64,000 bases of DNA. Origin: a bacterium (GTDB taxonomy: Bacteria; UBA8248). The position numbers and the translations under genes were made by a program. Shown one piece after another: positions 49,158-59,009 of the stretch (positions are counted from its first letter, which is position 1; every line of letters begins with the position of its first letter). The stretch spans positions 1,568,001 through 1,632,000 of the forward strand of contig OZ244799.1 of the NCBI GenBank assembly GCA_965219955.1, read 5' to 3'. The notes beneath the pieces were generated by a model. That model saw nothing but the letters and a program-made list of their open reading frames with translations. It was not told where the DNA came from and searched no databases.

Positions 49158-49763
49158 ATGAAAACCTGGTTCACGAAAGAATTCCTGAAGGCGTCGGCGG
49201 TGCTGTTGATCGTGTTCCTGGCGGGCGCAGGCGCCGGCTATGTCGGCGGACACAAATACGCGGAATACAAGCTCCACAAGGACTTCATGTCCCGCGCCTT
49301 CGAGTCCCGCATCCAAGCCGCAGAACCCTCGGCGACCGTCAGTTCCGGGACAGAAGGCCTGATGCGCGCAGCGCGCTCGCCCCGCCTCAAATCTACTGAA
49401 GACCCGGAGCGCAAGGCCCGCTCCCTCCGCGCCAAAAGCGAGAGGCGCCGCTCCAGAGGCGAGAGGCGTTTCATGCGCCGGCTGGAGCGGGATTTGAACC
49501 TGAACCCCGCGCAGCGAACAAGCGTGGACCGCGCACTCGAGCGCCACTATGCGCGAATCCGCGACATCAGACGCAGCATGAGACCGCAGATCAACTCCAT
49601 CATGCAGGAAATACGCAAGGACGTGCGCTCTTTCCTGGACGATGAGCAAAAAACGTCTTTCGACGAAATGGTGAAAAAATTCGAGGAAAGACGAAAACGC
49701 AGATGGCGGAAGTACAGAAAGCACCGCCCAGACGACCCGGCCGGTCAGTCGAAGAAGCAGTAA
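49158..49763 (+). CDS. Membrane-anchored periplasmic helical protein (CpxP/heavy-metal-resistance-like)
   Basis: N-terminal TM VFLAGAGAG; LNLNPAQ and LDDEQ repeats. Confidence 0.6.
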   Translation: MKTWFTKEFLKASAVLLIVFLAGAGAGYVGGHKYAEYKLHKDFMSRAFESRIQAAEPSATVSSGTEGLMRAARSPRLKSTEDPERKARSLRAKSERRRSRGERRFMRRLERDLNLNPAQRTSVDRALERHYARIRDIRRSMRPQINSIMQEIRKDVRSFLDDEQKTSFDEMVKKFEERRKRRWRKYRKHRPDDPAGQSKKQ

Positions 49764-49829
49764 TTCCCTGCAGCAAACGCAATGCCGCCGCAACATGAAG
49801 CACGAACGCCACACCGGAGGAATTTGATT

Positions 49830-50459
49830 ATGAAACGTCAAAAGCACCGCATTCTCTCGACAGCCGTCGTTGCCGCCGCGTTGAGCCTCGGTCTCGCCGG
49901 CGCAGCCCAGGCCCAGGTGGGCCCGCACGGCCCGCATTCGATGCCGCAAGTCATCGAAATGCCGCAAATGATCGAAAAAATGATGAAAGAAGCGCATCTC
50001 GGCCGGCCCGGCGGCTGGGGACGCCGCGGAATGCGCGGTCCGCTCCCCTACTCGGCGCGCCCGCTGGTCTCCATCGCGCTCAGGAACCACGAAGAGCTCA
50101 AGCTCACCGACGAGCAGGTGAAGCGCCTCAAGGACATCAGAGACGCGTTCTCCAAGAAGGCGGTGAAAGAACGCGCCGATATGAAGGCCCTCAGAATCGA
50201 CCTCAGACGCGCGCTCGACGCCGATAAAGTCGACCTCGCCGACGTGGAGAAGAAAATCCGCGAGATTTCGACGATGCGCGTCGATTTGAGGGTTGCGCGC
50301 CTCAAGGCGATCCAGGAGGGGAAATCCGTCCTGAACGACGACCAGCAGAAGCAGCTTTCGAAAATCGCCCGGTCGCGGAAGCGTCACGGCTGGGGACCCA
50401 AATTCCATGAACAGATGTTCAAGGGCCGAGACTCCGGGAAACAGTCCCAGACTTACTAG
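49830..50459 (+). CDS. Spy/CpxP family periplasmic chaperone
   Basis: Signal peptide; LKLTDEQ and LNDDQ (LTxxQ) motifs. Confidence 0.75.
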   Translation: MKRQKHRILSTAVVAAALSLGLAGAAQAQVGPHGPHSMPQVIEMPQMIEKMMKEAHLGRPGGWGRRGMRGPLPYSARPLVSIALRNHEELKLTDEQVKRLKDIRDAFSKKAVKERADMKALRIDLRRALDADKVDLADVEKKIREISTMRVDLRVARLKAIQEGKSVLNDDQQKQLSKIARSRKRHGWGPKFHEQMFKGRDSGKQSQTY

Positions 50460-50531
50460 AACGTCCCGACGCCCCGGGGCATGGCGTGAAAACCATGTCC
50501 CGGGCCTGCGGGCCTGGCCGTTGGAGCCGCC

Positions 50532-50690
50532 ATGTGGATTTTGATGTATGAGATATACGCCGGTTACGATTTGCTCGATTTCGCCCTGGCGAGCGCCATC
50601 CTCATCGCATCGGGGATGGTGTGCGTTCTCCTGAGAGCACTCTGGCGGGATGGTTCACCCTACGCGGTTTCATCCGGGGGAGAAGGATAA
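50532..50690 (+). CDS. Small 52-aa membrane protein
   Basis: GGAG RBS; MWILMYEIYAGYDLLDFALASAILIASGMVCVLLRALWRDGSPYAVSSGGEG. Confidence 0.45.
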   Translation: MWILMYEIYAGYDLLDFALASAILIASGMVCVLLRALWRDGSPYAVSSGGEG

Positions 50691-51018
50691 CGCAGCCCCC
50701 GGTTCGAAGGGGTTGTTGAAAAAGCCTTTTCAAAAGAGCAACCCCCCCTACCCCCCCTTGACAGGGTTGTTGAAAAACCCCAAGGAGAGAGGAATCACTC
50801 CCCCCTTGAGGGGGAGTCGATGAGCTAAGGGCGTAAGCCCGCAAGCGAATCGGTGGGGGGACATGCCACAGAAAAGCTCCCCCCACCGCATCAGCCTTCG
50901 CAAAAAACGCTCGGCTTCTGCGACTCCCCCTCAAGGGGGGAGTGATTTTTCTCTCTCGTCGGTTGCCTCAATTCCCAAAATCACTTCCCCAGGGCTTTTT
51001 CAACAGGCCCGTCAAGGG

Positions 51019-52403
51019 GAGTTACTGTCAAATGTTGTGTATGGCCGTCTTGAGTTCAGCGGCCTCCCTGCCGGTTTCTTTTTCATTCACCCCATTGATG
51101 AACCTCACGTCGGTGATCACGTCGGCCAGATGACCCAGGCCGCCCAGCCGCCCCCATCGCTTCTCGGCGCTCATGGCGAGTTGGTGAATCAGGCTCAGCG
51201 CCGTCTTCTCGCTCAGGCAGTTCCTCGTCTTCGCCGTTCGCAGCCGGATCGTGGCGAAGGTCGACTCGATCGGGTTCGTCGTCCGAAGACTCCGCCAGTG
51301 CGCCGCCGGGAAGTCGTAGAAGGCGAACAACTCCTCGCGGTCCCCCGCCAGGCACGCGGCGGCCTTGGGGTACTTCGCCTCCCAGGTGGCGAGAAAGCGT
51401 TCGAACGCCTTCTCCGCGTGCTCGCGGGTCTCCGCCCTCCACATCTCGTACAGCATCGGCCGCGCTTCGCGCTGAGCGCTTTTGGGCAGCTTGTCGAGAA
51501 CGTTCGCCGTCTTGTGCACCCAGCAGCGCTGCGCCCGGGTCTCGGGATACACCTCGGCCAGCGCCGACCACAACCCCAGACCCCCGTCGCCCACCGCCAG
51601 CTTCGCCGCCTTTACCCCCCGCTCCCGCAGGCCGAGCAGAACCGCCTTCCAGCTCTCCTTCGATTCACGGAACCCCGCCTCCAGGGCCAGGAAGCGCTTG
51701 CGGCCCCGCGCGTCGCAGCCCACGACCACCAGAAGACAGCGCCGCTCCCCGCTGCGCACGTTCACGTAGATGCCGTCCGCCCACAAGTACGCGAACTCCT
51801 CGCCGCCCCAGTCCCGCTCGCGCCACTGTAAGTACTCGCGCTCCCAGCCCTCCTTGAGACGCGAGACGCTCGCCGGGGACAAGCCCTTCACCGACTCGCC
51901 GAACAGCGCCGTGAGCGCCTCGCCGAAGTCGTTCGTCGATACCCCCTTCAGGTACAGCCACGGTATCACCGCCTCCACGCGCCGCGTCTTGCGCAGATAC
52001 GGCGGCAAAAGCTCCGAACGGAAACGCCGCCCCGCGCCCGACCTGTCCCGCGTCCGAGGAACTTGAACCCGCACCGGACCCACACCCGTCAATACCTCCC
52101 GAGAAGGCAGATACCCGTTGCGCACCACCGCGCGGCGGCCCTGCGCGTCATGGTCGCCCGCATGCTCTTCCAGATAAGCCGCCAACTCCGCTTCCACCGC
52201 CTGGCGGATGATTCGTCGCGCGCCCGCGCGCAACAGTTCGCTCAACTCGTCTCGTAAGGCTGGATTCCTCAAGGGAATCGTCGTATCTTCTCTCATGGTG
52301 GCGCATCTCCTTGTGCTGAATGACCGGGCTTTGGACAACCCTATTTCAGCAGGATGCGCCGCCTTCTTCAATTCAGCCCATACACAAGTTTTGAACGTAA
52401 CTC
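51019..52403 (-). mobile_element. Complete IS256-family insertion sequence
   Basis: 26-bp imperfect TIRs GAGTTACTGTCAAATGTTGTGTATGG / CCATACACAAGTTTTGAACGTAACTC; 9-bp TSD CGTCAAGGG at 51010-51018 and 52404-52412. Confidence 0.92.
51028..52296 (-). CDS. IS256 family transposase
   Basis: VRNGY, VPRTRDR, LYLKGVST, WADG, GDG, QRCWVHK and RTTNPIES motifs. Confidence 0.95.
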   Translation of the reverse strand: MREDTTIPLRNPALRDELSELLRAGARRIIRQAVEAELAAYLEEHAGDHDAQGRRAVVRNGYLPSREVLTGVGPVRVQVPRTRDRSGAGRRFRSELLPPYLRKTRRVEAVIPWLYLKGVSTNDFGEALTALFGESVKGLSPASVSRLKEGWEREYLQWRERDWGGEEFAYLWADGIYVNVRSGERRCLLVVVGCDARGRKRFLALEAGFRESKESWKAVLLGLRERGVKAAKLAVGDGGLGLWSALAEVYPETRAQRCWVHKTANVLDKLPKSAQREARPMLYEMWRAETREHAEKAFERFLATWEAKYPKAAACLAGDREELFAFYDFPAAHWRSLRTTNPIESTFATIRLRTAKTRNCLSEKTALSLIHQLAMSAEKRWGRLGGLGHLADVITDVRFINGVNEKETGREAAELKTAIHNI

Positions 52404-52697
52404 CGTCAAGGGGGAGGTAGGGGGGGTTGGTTTTCAACAAATGAGGGGGCAATCGAACCGACCGAGGAGGCGCCGCCCCGTAGGGACAGGCCTCCGTGCC
52501 TGTCCTGACGAAGGACAACCACGAAGAGCAGGACAGGCACGGAGGCCTGTCCCTACGGCGAACAATCTCGAAGGTCGGACAGGACTTTTTCAACAGCCCC
52601 TTCTCAGTCGCGTTTGACCTTCGGCGGCTACTCAGGGTGAGGAAAGAGGTGTTGGCGGTTTGCGGGGGTGCAGACGAGGGCCTTTCCACCACCCCCG

Positions 52698-53522
52698 TCA
52701 GAGCAAGGCCTCTTCCGTCATCTCTCCCTGGTAGACGAGTCTCGTTTCCCCTTCCATGTAGACGTCGCGCACGTCCGCGCCTGCGCCCTCGAAATAGATT
52801 TTGAGGATTTCGCCGCTGCGCACGTTCACGTCCACGGGAGCGCTTACGAACCCGCGCGTCGCGGCGAGTATCGCCGTCGCCACGGCGCCCGTGCCGCAGG
52901 CCAGGGTCTCGTTCTCCACGCCCCGCTCGTAGGTTCTCAGGACCACGGAATTCGCCCCGCTCACCCGGGCGAAGTTCGCGTTCGCGCCCGCTGGCGCAAA
53001 GGCATCGTGCGTGCGGACCGCCCGGCCGTCGCCCACGATATCGACCGTCTCCACGTCGCCGGTGAACTCCACCGCGTGGGGGACGCCGGTGTTCAGGTGA
53101 TCGACCACCACTCCTCTTCCGTTGATGTCGAGTTCAACACCCGCGCGGTAATCGAAGGGCTGGGTCATCCGCAGCTTGACCTTCGAGCCGTTCATCGTCG
53201 CGTCGATGACGCCCGCGATGGTCTCGAACGACACCGAATCCGCGGCGATGCCCAGCTCTCTCGCAAAGCGCGCGGCGCAGCGCCCGCCGTTCCCGCACAT
53301 CTCGCCCTCGGAGCCGTCGGCGTTGAAGAACCGCCACTTGAAATCGGCCCGCTCGCTCGGCTCGATGAACATCAGCCCGTCCGCGCCCACGGACTGGCCC
53401 CTGCGGCAAACCCGCTGGACGAAATCGATCATCTCGTCGGCCCGGTGCTCCAGGTTCCTGTTGTCGATGAATATGAAGTCGTTGCCGCTTCCGCTGAACT
53501 TGGTGAATGCGATTTTGCTCAC
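52698..53522 (-). CDS. dapF: Diaminopimelate epimerase
   Basis: GNDF, EMCGNGGRC and ERGV..ETLACGTG motifs. Confidence 0.96.
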   Translation of the reverse strand: MSKIAFTKFSGSGNDFIFIDNRNLEHRADEMIDFVQRVCRRGQSVGADGLMFIEPSERADFKWRFFNADGSEGEMCGNGGRCAARFARELGIAADSVSFETIAGVIDATMNGSKVKLRMTQPFDYRAGVELDINGRGVVVDHLNTGVPHAVEFTGDVETVDIVGDGRAVRTHDAFAPAGANANFARVSGANSVVLRTYERGVENETLACGTGAVATAILAATRGFVSAPVDVNVRSGEILKIYFEGAGADVRDVYMEGETRLVYQGEMTEEALL

Positions 53523-54796
53523 GGAATCCGCCTCTCTTCGATAAACCCCGGTATGTGCTCGCCGCGGACGAGGTCGTCATACGTCTCGCGCTCCCTGATT
53601 ATATGATACTCATCGCCGCGCACAAGAATCTCGGGCGGCCTGGGGCGCGAGTTGTAGTTCGACGCCATGGTGAAGCCGTACGCGCCAGAACTCATGACGG
53701 CCACCAGATCGTCGCGCTGGAACTCGGGCAAATCGCGGTCTTTCGCCAGATAGTCCCCGCTCTCGCATACCGGGCCCACCAGGTCCGTAACATGCTTCGG
53801 CCTCTCCCGCGCCGCCTCCTCCACCGGCCACACGTCCTGAAAGGCCTGGTAGAGGCTGGGGCGGATCAAGTCGTTCATGCCGGCGTCGATGATGACGAAG
53901 CGTTTTTCGGGGTTCTCTTTCCCGTACAGCACGCGCGTGACGAGGATGCCCGCGTTGCCCGTGATGACGCGGCCCGGCTCGAAAATGAGCGTGCACCCCA
54001 GATCCCGGAGTTTGGGCAGTATGGCCGCCGCATAGTCTTTCGGCAGCGGCGGCGCCTCGTCGTGATAGGTGATGCCCAAGCCGCCGCCCAGGTTCAGGTA
54101 CCGGATGTCGTGCCCGTCGCCGCGCAACTCGCCCACCAGGCGCGCCACGATTTCCACCGAGTCGGCGAACGGGCTGCTCGAAGTGATCTGGCTCCCGATA
54201 TGGCAGTGCACGCCCGTGGGAGCGACGCCCTCGAGCGAAGCCGCCGTCCGGTACTGCTCCCGCGCCCGGTTGATGTCGATGCCGAACTTGCTCTTCTTGA
54301 GGCCGGTGGTGATGTAGGGGTGCGTCTGGGGGTCGACGTCGGGGTTTACTCGGATCGCGACCTGCGCCTGCCTGCCCACCCGGCTCGCCACCGCGCCGAT
54401 GTTCACCAATTCCTCTTCGCTCTCCACGTTGAACAACAAAACGCCGTTTTCGATCGCGTAGGCGATCTCATCGTCCGACTTGCCCACGCCAGCGAACACG
54501 ATGCGATCGGCGGGCATCCCTGCCTTCACCGCGCGGAACAACTCGCCGCCCGAAACGATGTCCAGCCCCCCGCCCATCGCGCCGAAGAGCCGGAGTATCG
54601 CCAGGTTCGAGTTGCTCTTCATGGCGAAGCAGATGAGGTGCGGGACAGATGCGAACGCCTCGTCGAAGACGCGGAAATGCCTCGTAAGCGTCTCGTGGCT
54701 GTAGACGTAGCAAGGCGTTCCCACCTCCTCCGCCAGCCTCGTCAGGGATACGTCTTCGGCGCACAATTCGCCGTCTTTGTACTCGAAATGGTGCAT
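53519..54796 (-). CDS. lysA: Diaminopimelate decarboxylase
   Basis: FAMKSN, HCHIGSQ, EPGR, GPVCESGD and MASNYN motifs. Confidence 0.96.
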   Translation of the reverse strand: MHHFEYKDGELCAEDVSLTRLAEEVGTPCYVYSHETLTRHFRVFDEAFASVPHLICFAMKSNSNLAILRLFGAMGGGLDIVSGGELFRAVKAGMPADRIVFAGVGKSDDEIAYAIENGVLLFNVESEEELVNIGAVASRVGRQAQVAIRVNPDVDPQTHPYITTGLKKSKFGIDINRAREQYRTAASLEGVAPTGVHCHIGSQITSSSPFADSVEIVARLVGELRGDGHDIRYLNLGGGLGITYHDEAPPLPKDYAAAILPKLRDLGCTLIFEPGRVITGNAGILVTRVLYGKENPEKRFVIIDAGMNDLIRPSLYQAFQDVWPVEEAARERPKHVTDLVGPVCESGDYLAKDRDLPEFQRDDLVAVMSSGAYGFTMASNYNSRPRPPEILVRGDEYHIIRERETYDDLVRGEHIPGFIEERRIP

Positions 54797-54836
54797 TCGG
54801 CAATCTCTCTTTCCGAGTCCTTCCGGGCTTGAGTTC

Positions 54837-54956
54837 CTACAAACTCCCGGCGACCGGACTCTTGGGAGGTTTCGGCGGTCCCTTGACGCCGCAACCCGCG
54901 ACCACGCAGGCCATCGCGACCACCAGGACGCCCGCCAGCAGAATTCTCTTCATCAT
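54837..54956 (-). CDS. LptM/YifL-like small lipoprotein
   Basis: MMKRILL...VAGCGVKGPP; classic position between argH and lysA. Confidence 0.7.
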   Translation of the reverse strand: MMKRILLAGVLVVAMACVVAGCGVKGPPKPPKSPVAGSL

Positions 54957-54957
54957 C

Positions 54958-56370
54958 CTAGATTCCCAACCGTTTTTTCTCGGCCCGTATCTGGGCCCGC
55001 ACGCTTCGTTTCGAAGCCCCGCCCGCGCTGCTCCTCGAGCGCAGGGATTTCGCCAGATCCGTCTCCGCCAGATCACCCGCTTCAAGCCGGGAGTCCGCCT
55101 CCGCCAGATCCCCGGCGCTCAACTTCCCGAGGGCCACCCCTTTTTCGAGGGCGATCCGCACGGCGCGCCCCGCCGCCTCGTGCGCCTCCCTGAACGGCAC
55201 CCCCCGCCGCACCATGGCGTCCGCCAGGTCCGTGGCCGTCATGTACCCGCCCTCCGCGGCCCTGGCCATCGCCTCTGGCTGAAACCGCATGGATTCGACC
55301 ATGGGCGCCATGACCCCCAGGCAGGCCAGCAGGGAATCGGCGGCGTCGAACAGCGACTCTTTATCCTCCTGCATGTCCCGGTTATAGGTGAGCGGCAGCC
55401 CCTTCATCAAGGTGAGCAGGGCCATCAAATCCCCGAACACGCGCCCGCTCTTGCCCCGGACGATCTCGGCCACGTCGGGGTTTTTCTTCTGCGGCATCAG
55501 GGAGCTTCCCGTCGCGAACGAATCCGCAAGCTCCACGAAGCCGAACTCCCCGCTCGCCCAGAGGATGACCTCCTCCCCAAGTCTGCTCAAGTGCATCATC
55601 GAGATGGCGGCGGCGGACGCGAACTCCAGCGCGAAATCCCGGTCGCTCACCGCGTCCATGCTGTTCTCGGCGACGGCGGCGAAGCCGAGCTTTCTCGCCA
55701 CCATTTTCCTGTCCACCGGGTGGCTCGTGCCGGCCAGCGCGCCCGCACCCAGCGGCAATACGTTCACGCGGGCGCGCACTTGCGCGAACCGCTCCCCGTC
55801 TCGCCTGAGCATCTGGGAATACGCGAGCAGGTGATGCGCGAGCGAGACGGGCTGCGCGCGCTGCAGATGCGTGTAGCCGGGCATCACGGTATCGGCGTGC
55901 GCCTCCGCCTGCGCGAGAAGGGCCCGCCTGAGCGCGAGGAGCGCTTCCAGCGTCTCGTCGACCCGGTCTCTCAGCCACAGCCTGAGCGAGGTGGCCACCT
56001 GGTCGTTCCGGCTCCGCGCGGTGTGCAGCCTGCCGCCGGCGGCGCCGATGCGCTCCGTCAAGGCCGCCTCGACGTTCATGTGCACGTCTTCGAGCTCGGC
56101 CCGGAACTCGAATCTGCCGGCCTCCACCTCCCGGAGAATGACCCTGAGGCCCGAGACGATTCTCCGGGCGTCTTTTTTCGCAATGATGCCCTGCGCTCCG
56201 AGCATCTCCGCGTGGGCGATGGAAGCGAGGACGTCGTACGGCGCGAGGCGGTAGTCGAACGAGACGCTCTCGGTGAAGGCCTCCACGCGCGCGTCCGTCC
56301 CCCCCCGGAACCTGCCGCCCCAGGGTTTGGTGGATTTCGTCTTCTGAGACTTCGCACCTCGTTTCGGCAT
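54958..56370 (-). CDS. argH: Argininosuccinate lyase
   Basis: WGGRF, RSRNDQ, GYTHLQ and GSSLMPQKKNPD motifs. Confidence 0.97.
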   Translation of the reverse strand: MPKRGAKSQKTKSTKPWGGRFRGGTDARVEAFTESVSFDYRLAPYDVLASIAHAEMLGAQGIIAKKDARRIVSGLRVILREVEAGRFEFRAELEDVHMNVEAALTERIGAAGGRLHTARSRNDQVATSLRLWLRDRVDETLEALLALRRALLAQAEAHADTVMPGYTHLQRAQPVSLAHHLLAYSQMLRRDGERFAQVRARVNVLPLGAGALAGTSHPVDRKMVARKLGFAAVAENSMDAVSDRDFALEFASAAAISMMHLSRLGEEVILWASGEFGFVELADSFATGSSLMPQKKNPDVAEIVRGKSGRVFGDLMALLTLMKGLPLTYNRDMQEDKESLFDAADSLLACLGVMAPMVESMRFQPEAMARAAEGGYMTATDLADAMVRRGVPFREAHEAAGRAVRIALEKGVALGKLSAGDLAEADSRLEAGDLAETDLAKSLRSRSSAGGASKRSVRAQIRAEKKRLGI

Positions 56371-56510
56371 CCGCTCCTGTCCTTTTTCGAACCACGCCGC
56401 GCGCCTGAGCCTGCGCCCAAGAGACGCAAAAAGAACTGCTTACACGATAGCGGGCGTACAGGGCAACCGGGGAAAGCGGAAATCATGGAGGATCGCCCCG
56501 CCCCGCTTGC

Positions 56511-56929
56511 AGGCTGCTCAAAAAGCCTCCGTCGGTCAGGCGAAACGCGACTGCAGGGACAGGTCGCGACCTGTCCCTACGGAAAAGCAACCCCCCCTAC
56601 CCCCCCTTGTCAGGGGGGCATAAAAAGGCGATGCGCCCTCGCCGAGATGAACACAAATCAACTCCCCCCTTGAGACTTGTTCGCAATTCAGCAGAGCGGA
56701 ATCACTCCCCCCTTGAGGGGGAGTCGAAGAGGCCGAGCGGTTTGTGCGAAGGCCGATTCGGTGGGGGGAGCTCTACCCTGTGGCATGTCCCCCCACCGGC
56801 GCGACTTCGGGCTTCGCCCTCGTCTTGCCGTCTGGCTTTCCCCTCGGGAAGCCAGATCCTCAAGGGGGGAGTGAACTTCAAAAGCGTGCGCTCAACCAAA
56901 ATCGCTCCACGGGCTTTTTCCACAACTCC
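56511..56929. repeat. Composite palindromic repeat cluster 5
   Basis: Degenerate E ends at 56511 / 56911, half REP at 56553-56580, F unit at 56588-56618, A element at 56700-56874. Confidence 0.8.
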
Positions 56930-57013
56930 GCTTGCGGGCGTGCGCCGCATCTTCTAGGATGGCTCCCACGCAGCCCTTTATGAAACCTTTCGGCCGTTTT
57001 TGGGAAAACGCAT

Positions 57014-58291
57014 TTGGAACGACTACACCGTCTCTTCCCAGCCAGACACTGGATTTTCATCGTCTCCGCTTTCGTTCTCCTGGGGCTCTTCTCGGGCCTG
57101 AACTTCCTTTTCGGCGTATTCCTGAACCCCCTGGTGGATGAATTCGACTGGACCCGCTCGACGGCCTCGGCGGCGTTTTCCATCAACATGTTCATGATCG
57201 CGTTCTGCTCGATGATCGCGGGCGGTTTTTCCGACAAGTTCGGCACGAGGCCCGTGCTGATCGTCGGGATCCTGATCTCCGGCGGTTCGCTGCTCCTCTC
57301 CTTCTTCATCCAGAACCTGTGGCACTACTTCCTGTTCACCGGCGTGATGGCGGGCACGGGGCGCGCCGCCATCGCAACGCCCGTGCAGGCCTTCATCCAG
57401 CGCAACCTGACCAGGCACCGGGGGCTGGCCACCGGGCTGGCCGGCTCGGGCACCGGTCTCGGCATCCTGATCCTGGCGCCCCTCACCGGTTATTTCATCA
57501 GCACCCACGGGTGGAGACACTCCTACCTGTACCTGGGCGTCATCTTCTTCGTCCTCGCCATACCCGCGGCCATGACCCTCGTGCCGCAAAAAAGGCCCCC
57601 CGCGGGCGGCGGCTCCGCCGGCTCCCCGGCCAGGCAGGAAGACGCCGCCCCGATTCTCCCCGAGGCGTCCCTGGGCATGCGGGAGATCTTAAAGCGCAGG
57701 CCGTTCTGGATGATCATCTCGAGCCACGCCACCGACTGCATCTGCCACTCGGTGCTCATCGTCCACCTGGTGCCCATCGCGATCGAGGCGGGGGTTCCCC
57801 ACATACAGGCGGCGGGCCTCGTGGGCGTCATGGGCCTGGGGACGCTCATCGGCCGGATCAGCCTGGGCATACTGGCGGACCGCATCGGGTCGAAATGGGC
57901 GCTGTTCATTACGCTGCTGACGCAGACGATACCCGTTCCCCTGCTCTGGTGGTCCGATTCCATTTATGTATTCTACGCCGTCGCCCTCATGGTCGGCACC
58001 GGCATGGGCGGACACGGGACGATGTACCCGATGGTCACCCGCGAATACTACGGCACCAGAAGGGTGGGCATCCTCTACGGGGCCTTCATCTCGGGCGCGA
58101 GTTCGGGCATGGCCACGGGCGGGTTCCTGGGCGGGCTGCTGCACGACATGACGGGCGACTACACGCTCTCCATCCTGCTCAGCTTCGTGACCGGCGTCGC
58201 CTCGCTGCTGTTCGTCCTCGCCTACCCTTCGAGAATCAAACCGATCCGGAAAGAGGACGTGGCGCACCCCGTCGCCCAGCCCGCGGGCTGA
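57014..58291 (+). CDS. MFS transporter (MCT/OFA-like)
   Basis: 12 TMs; SDKFGTR, RGLATG and LADRIG motifs. Confidence 0.9.
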   Translation: MERLHRLFPARHWIFIVSAFVLLGLFSGLNFLFGVFLNPLVDEFDWTRSTASAAFSINMFMIAFCSMIAGGFSDKFGTRPVLIVGILISGGSLLLSFFIQNLWHYFLFTGVMAGTGRAAIATPVQAFIQRNLTRHRGLATGLAGSGTGLGILILAPLTGYFISTHGWRHSYLYLGVIFFVLAIPAAMTLVPQKRPPAGGGSAGSPARQEDAAPILPEASLGMREILKRRPFWMIISSHATDCICHSVLIVHLVPIAIEAGVPHIQAAGLVGVMGLGTLIGRISLGILADRIGSKWALFITLLTQTIPVPLLWWSDSIYVFYAVALMVGTGMGGHGTMYPMVTREYYGTRRVGILYGAFISGASSGMATGGFLGGLLHDMTGDYTLSILLSFVTGVASLLFVLAYPSRIKPIRKEDVAHPVAQPAG

Positions 58292-58340
58292 GGGGTCGGG
58301 GGGGGGCCGGTGAAAGAGGGAGAACCACTCCTCTCTTGTC

Positions 58341-59009
58341 GGGTTGTTGAGAAAGTCCCTTCAAGCGTTGGGGATACGATGGTTTTGTAGGGACAACCCT
58401 CCGTGGTTGTCCTTCGTCAGGACAGGCACGGAGGCCTGTCCCTACGGGTGAATGCGGTTCTGATCGTCATTCCGGCATCAGTCCCAACTGATAAAGGAGG
58501 GATTGACCGGAATCCATTTTCGCCTTTGTCTTTGGCCTTTCGCCCGGACGTCCTCTCTTCCGACCGACGCGAATGGAAGAATCACTCCCCCCTTGAGGGG
58601 GAGTCGAAGAGGCCGAGCGGTTTATGCGAAGGCCGATTCGGTGGGGGGTAAAATGCGTTTTATCGCCATCCGAATTATACCCCCCACCGGCGCGACTTCG
58701 GGCTTCGCCCTCGTCTTGCCGTCTGGCTTTCCCCTCGGGAAGCCAGACCCTCAAGGGGGGAGTGATTCCTCTCTCTAGTTGGTTGGCGCTCTGCAGGGGG
58801 GGTTGACGTTACGGGATTTCCCCCTCGAGGGGGTTGCCATGACCCTCCCGGGGGGGTTATCAATACCCTTTTCAAGGGCCGGCGCGCTCCTGCCGTGGCC
58901 TGTTTCACCAGCCGCCGCAGGGTTTCTTGCGGGTGAACGCGTCCGGTCCGGGGAAGAAAGGGCCGACACCCCTCGAAGGGCTGCTTTCAGGGGTTGTTGA
59001 AAAACCCCC
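58341..59009. repeat. Composite palindromic repeat cluster 6
   Basis: E ends at 58341 and 58990, REP pair 58387-58445, C unit 58465-58516, A element 58580-58767. Confidence 0.8.

Larger units (their letters stand above)
50709..52650. repeat. Composite palindromic repeat cluster 4, interrupted by IS256
   Basis: E pair 50709 / 52581-52600; F pair 50740-50762 / 52405-52428; inner E pair 50763 / 50991; A element 50793-50947; REP pair 52480-52556. Confidence 0.85.

Noticed and set aside
52297-52692. N-terminal extension of the IS256 transposase in the ORF track
   Set aside because: It extends beyond the TIR into repeat DNA; the true start is 52296.
41967-59009. CRISPR array interpretation of the repeats
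   Set aside because: No regular direct repeat-spacer periodicity and no cas genes; the units are palindromic and nested.
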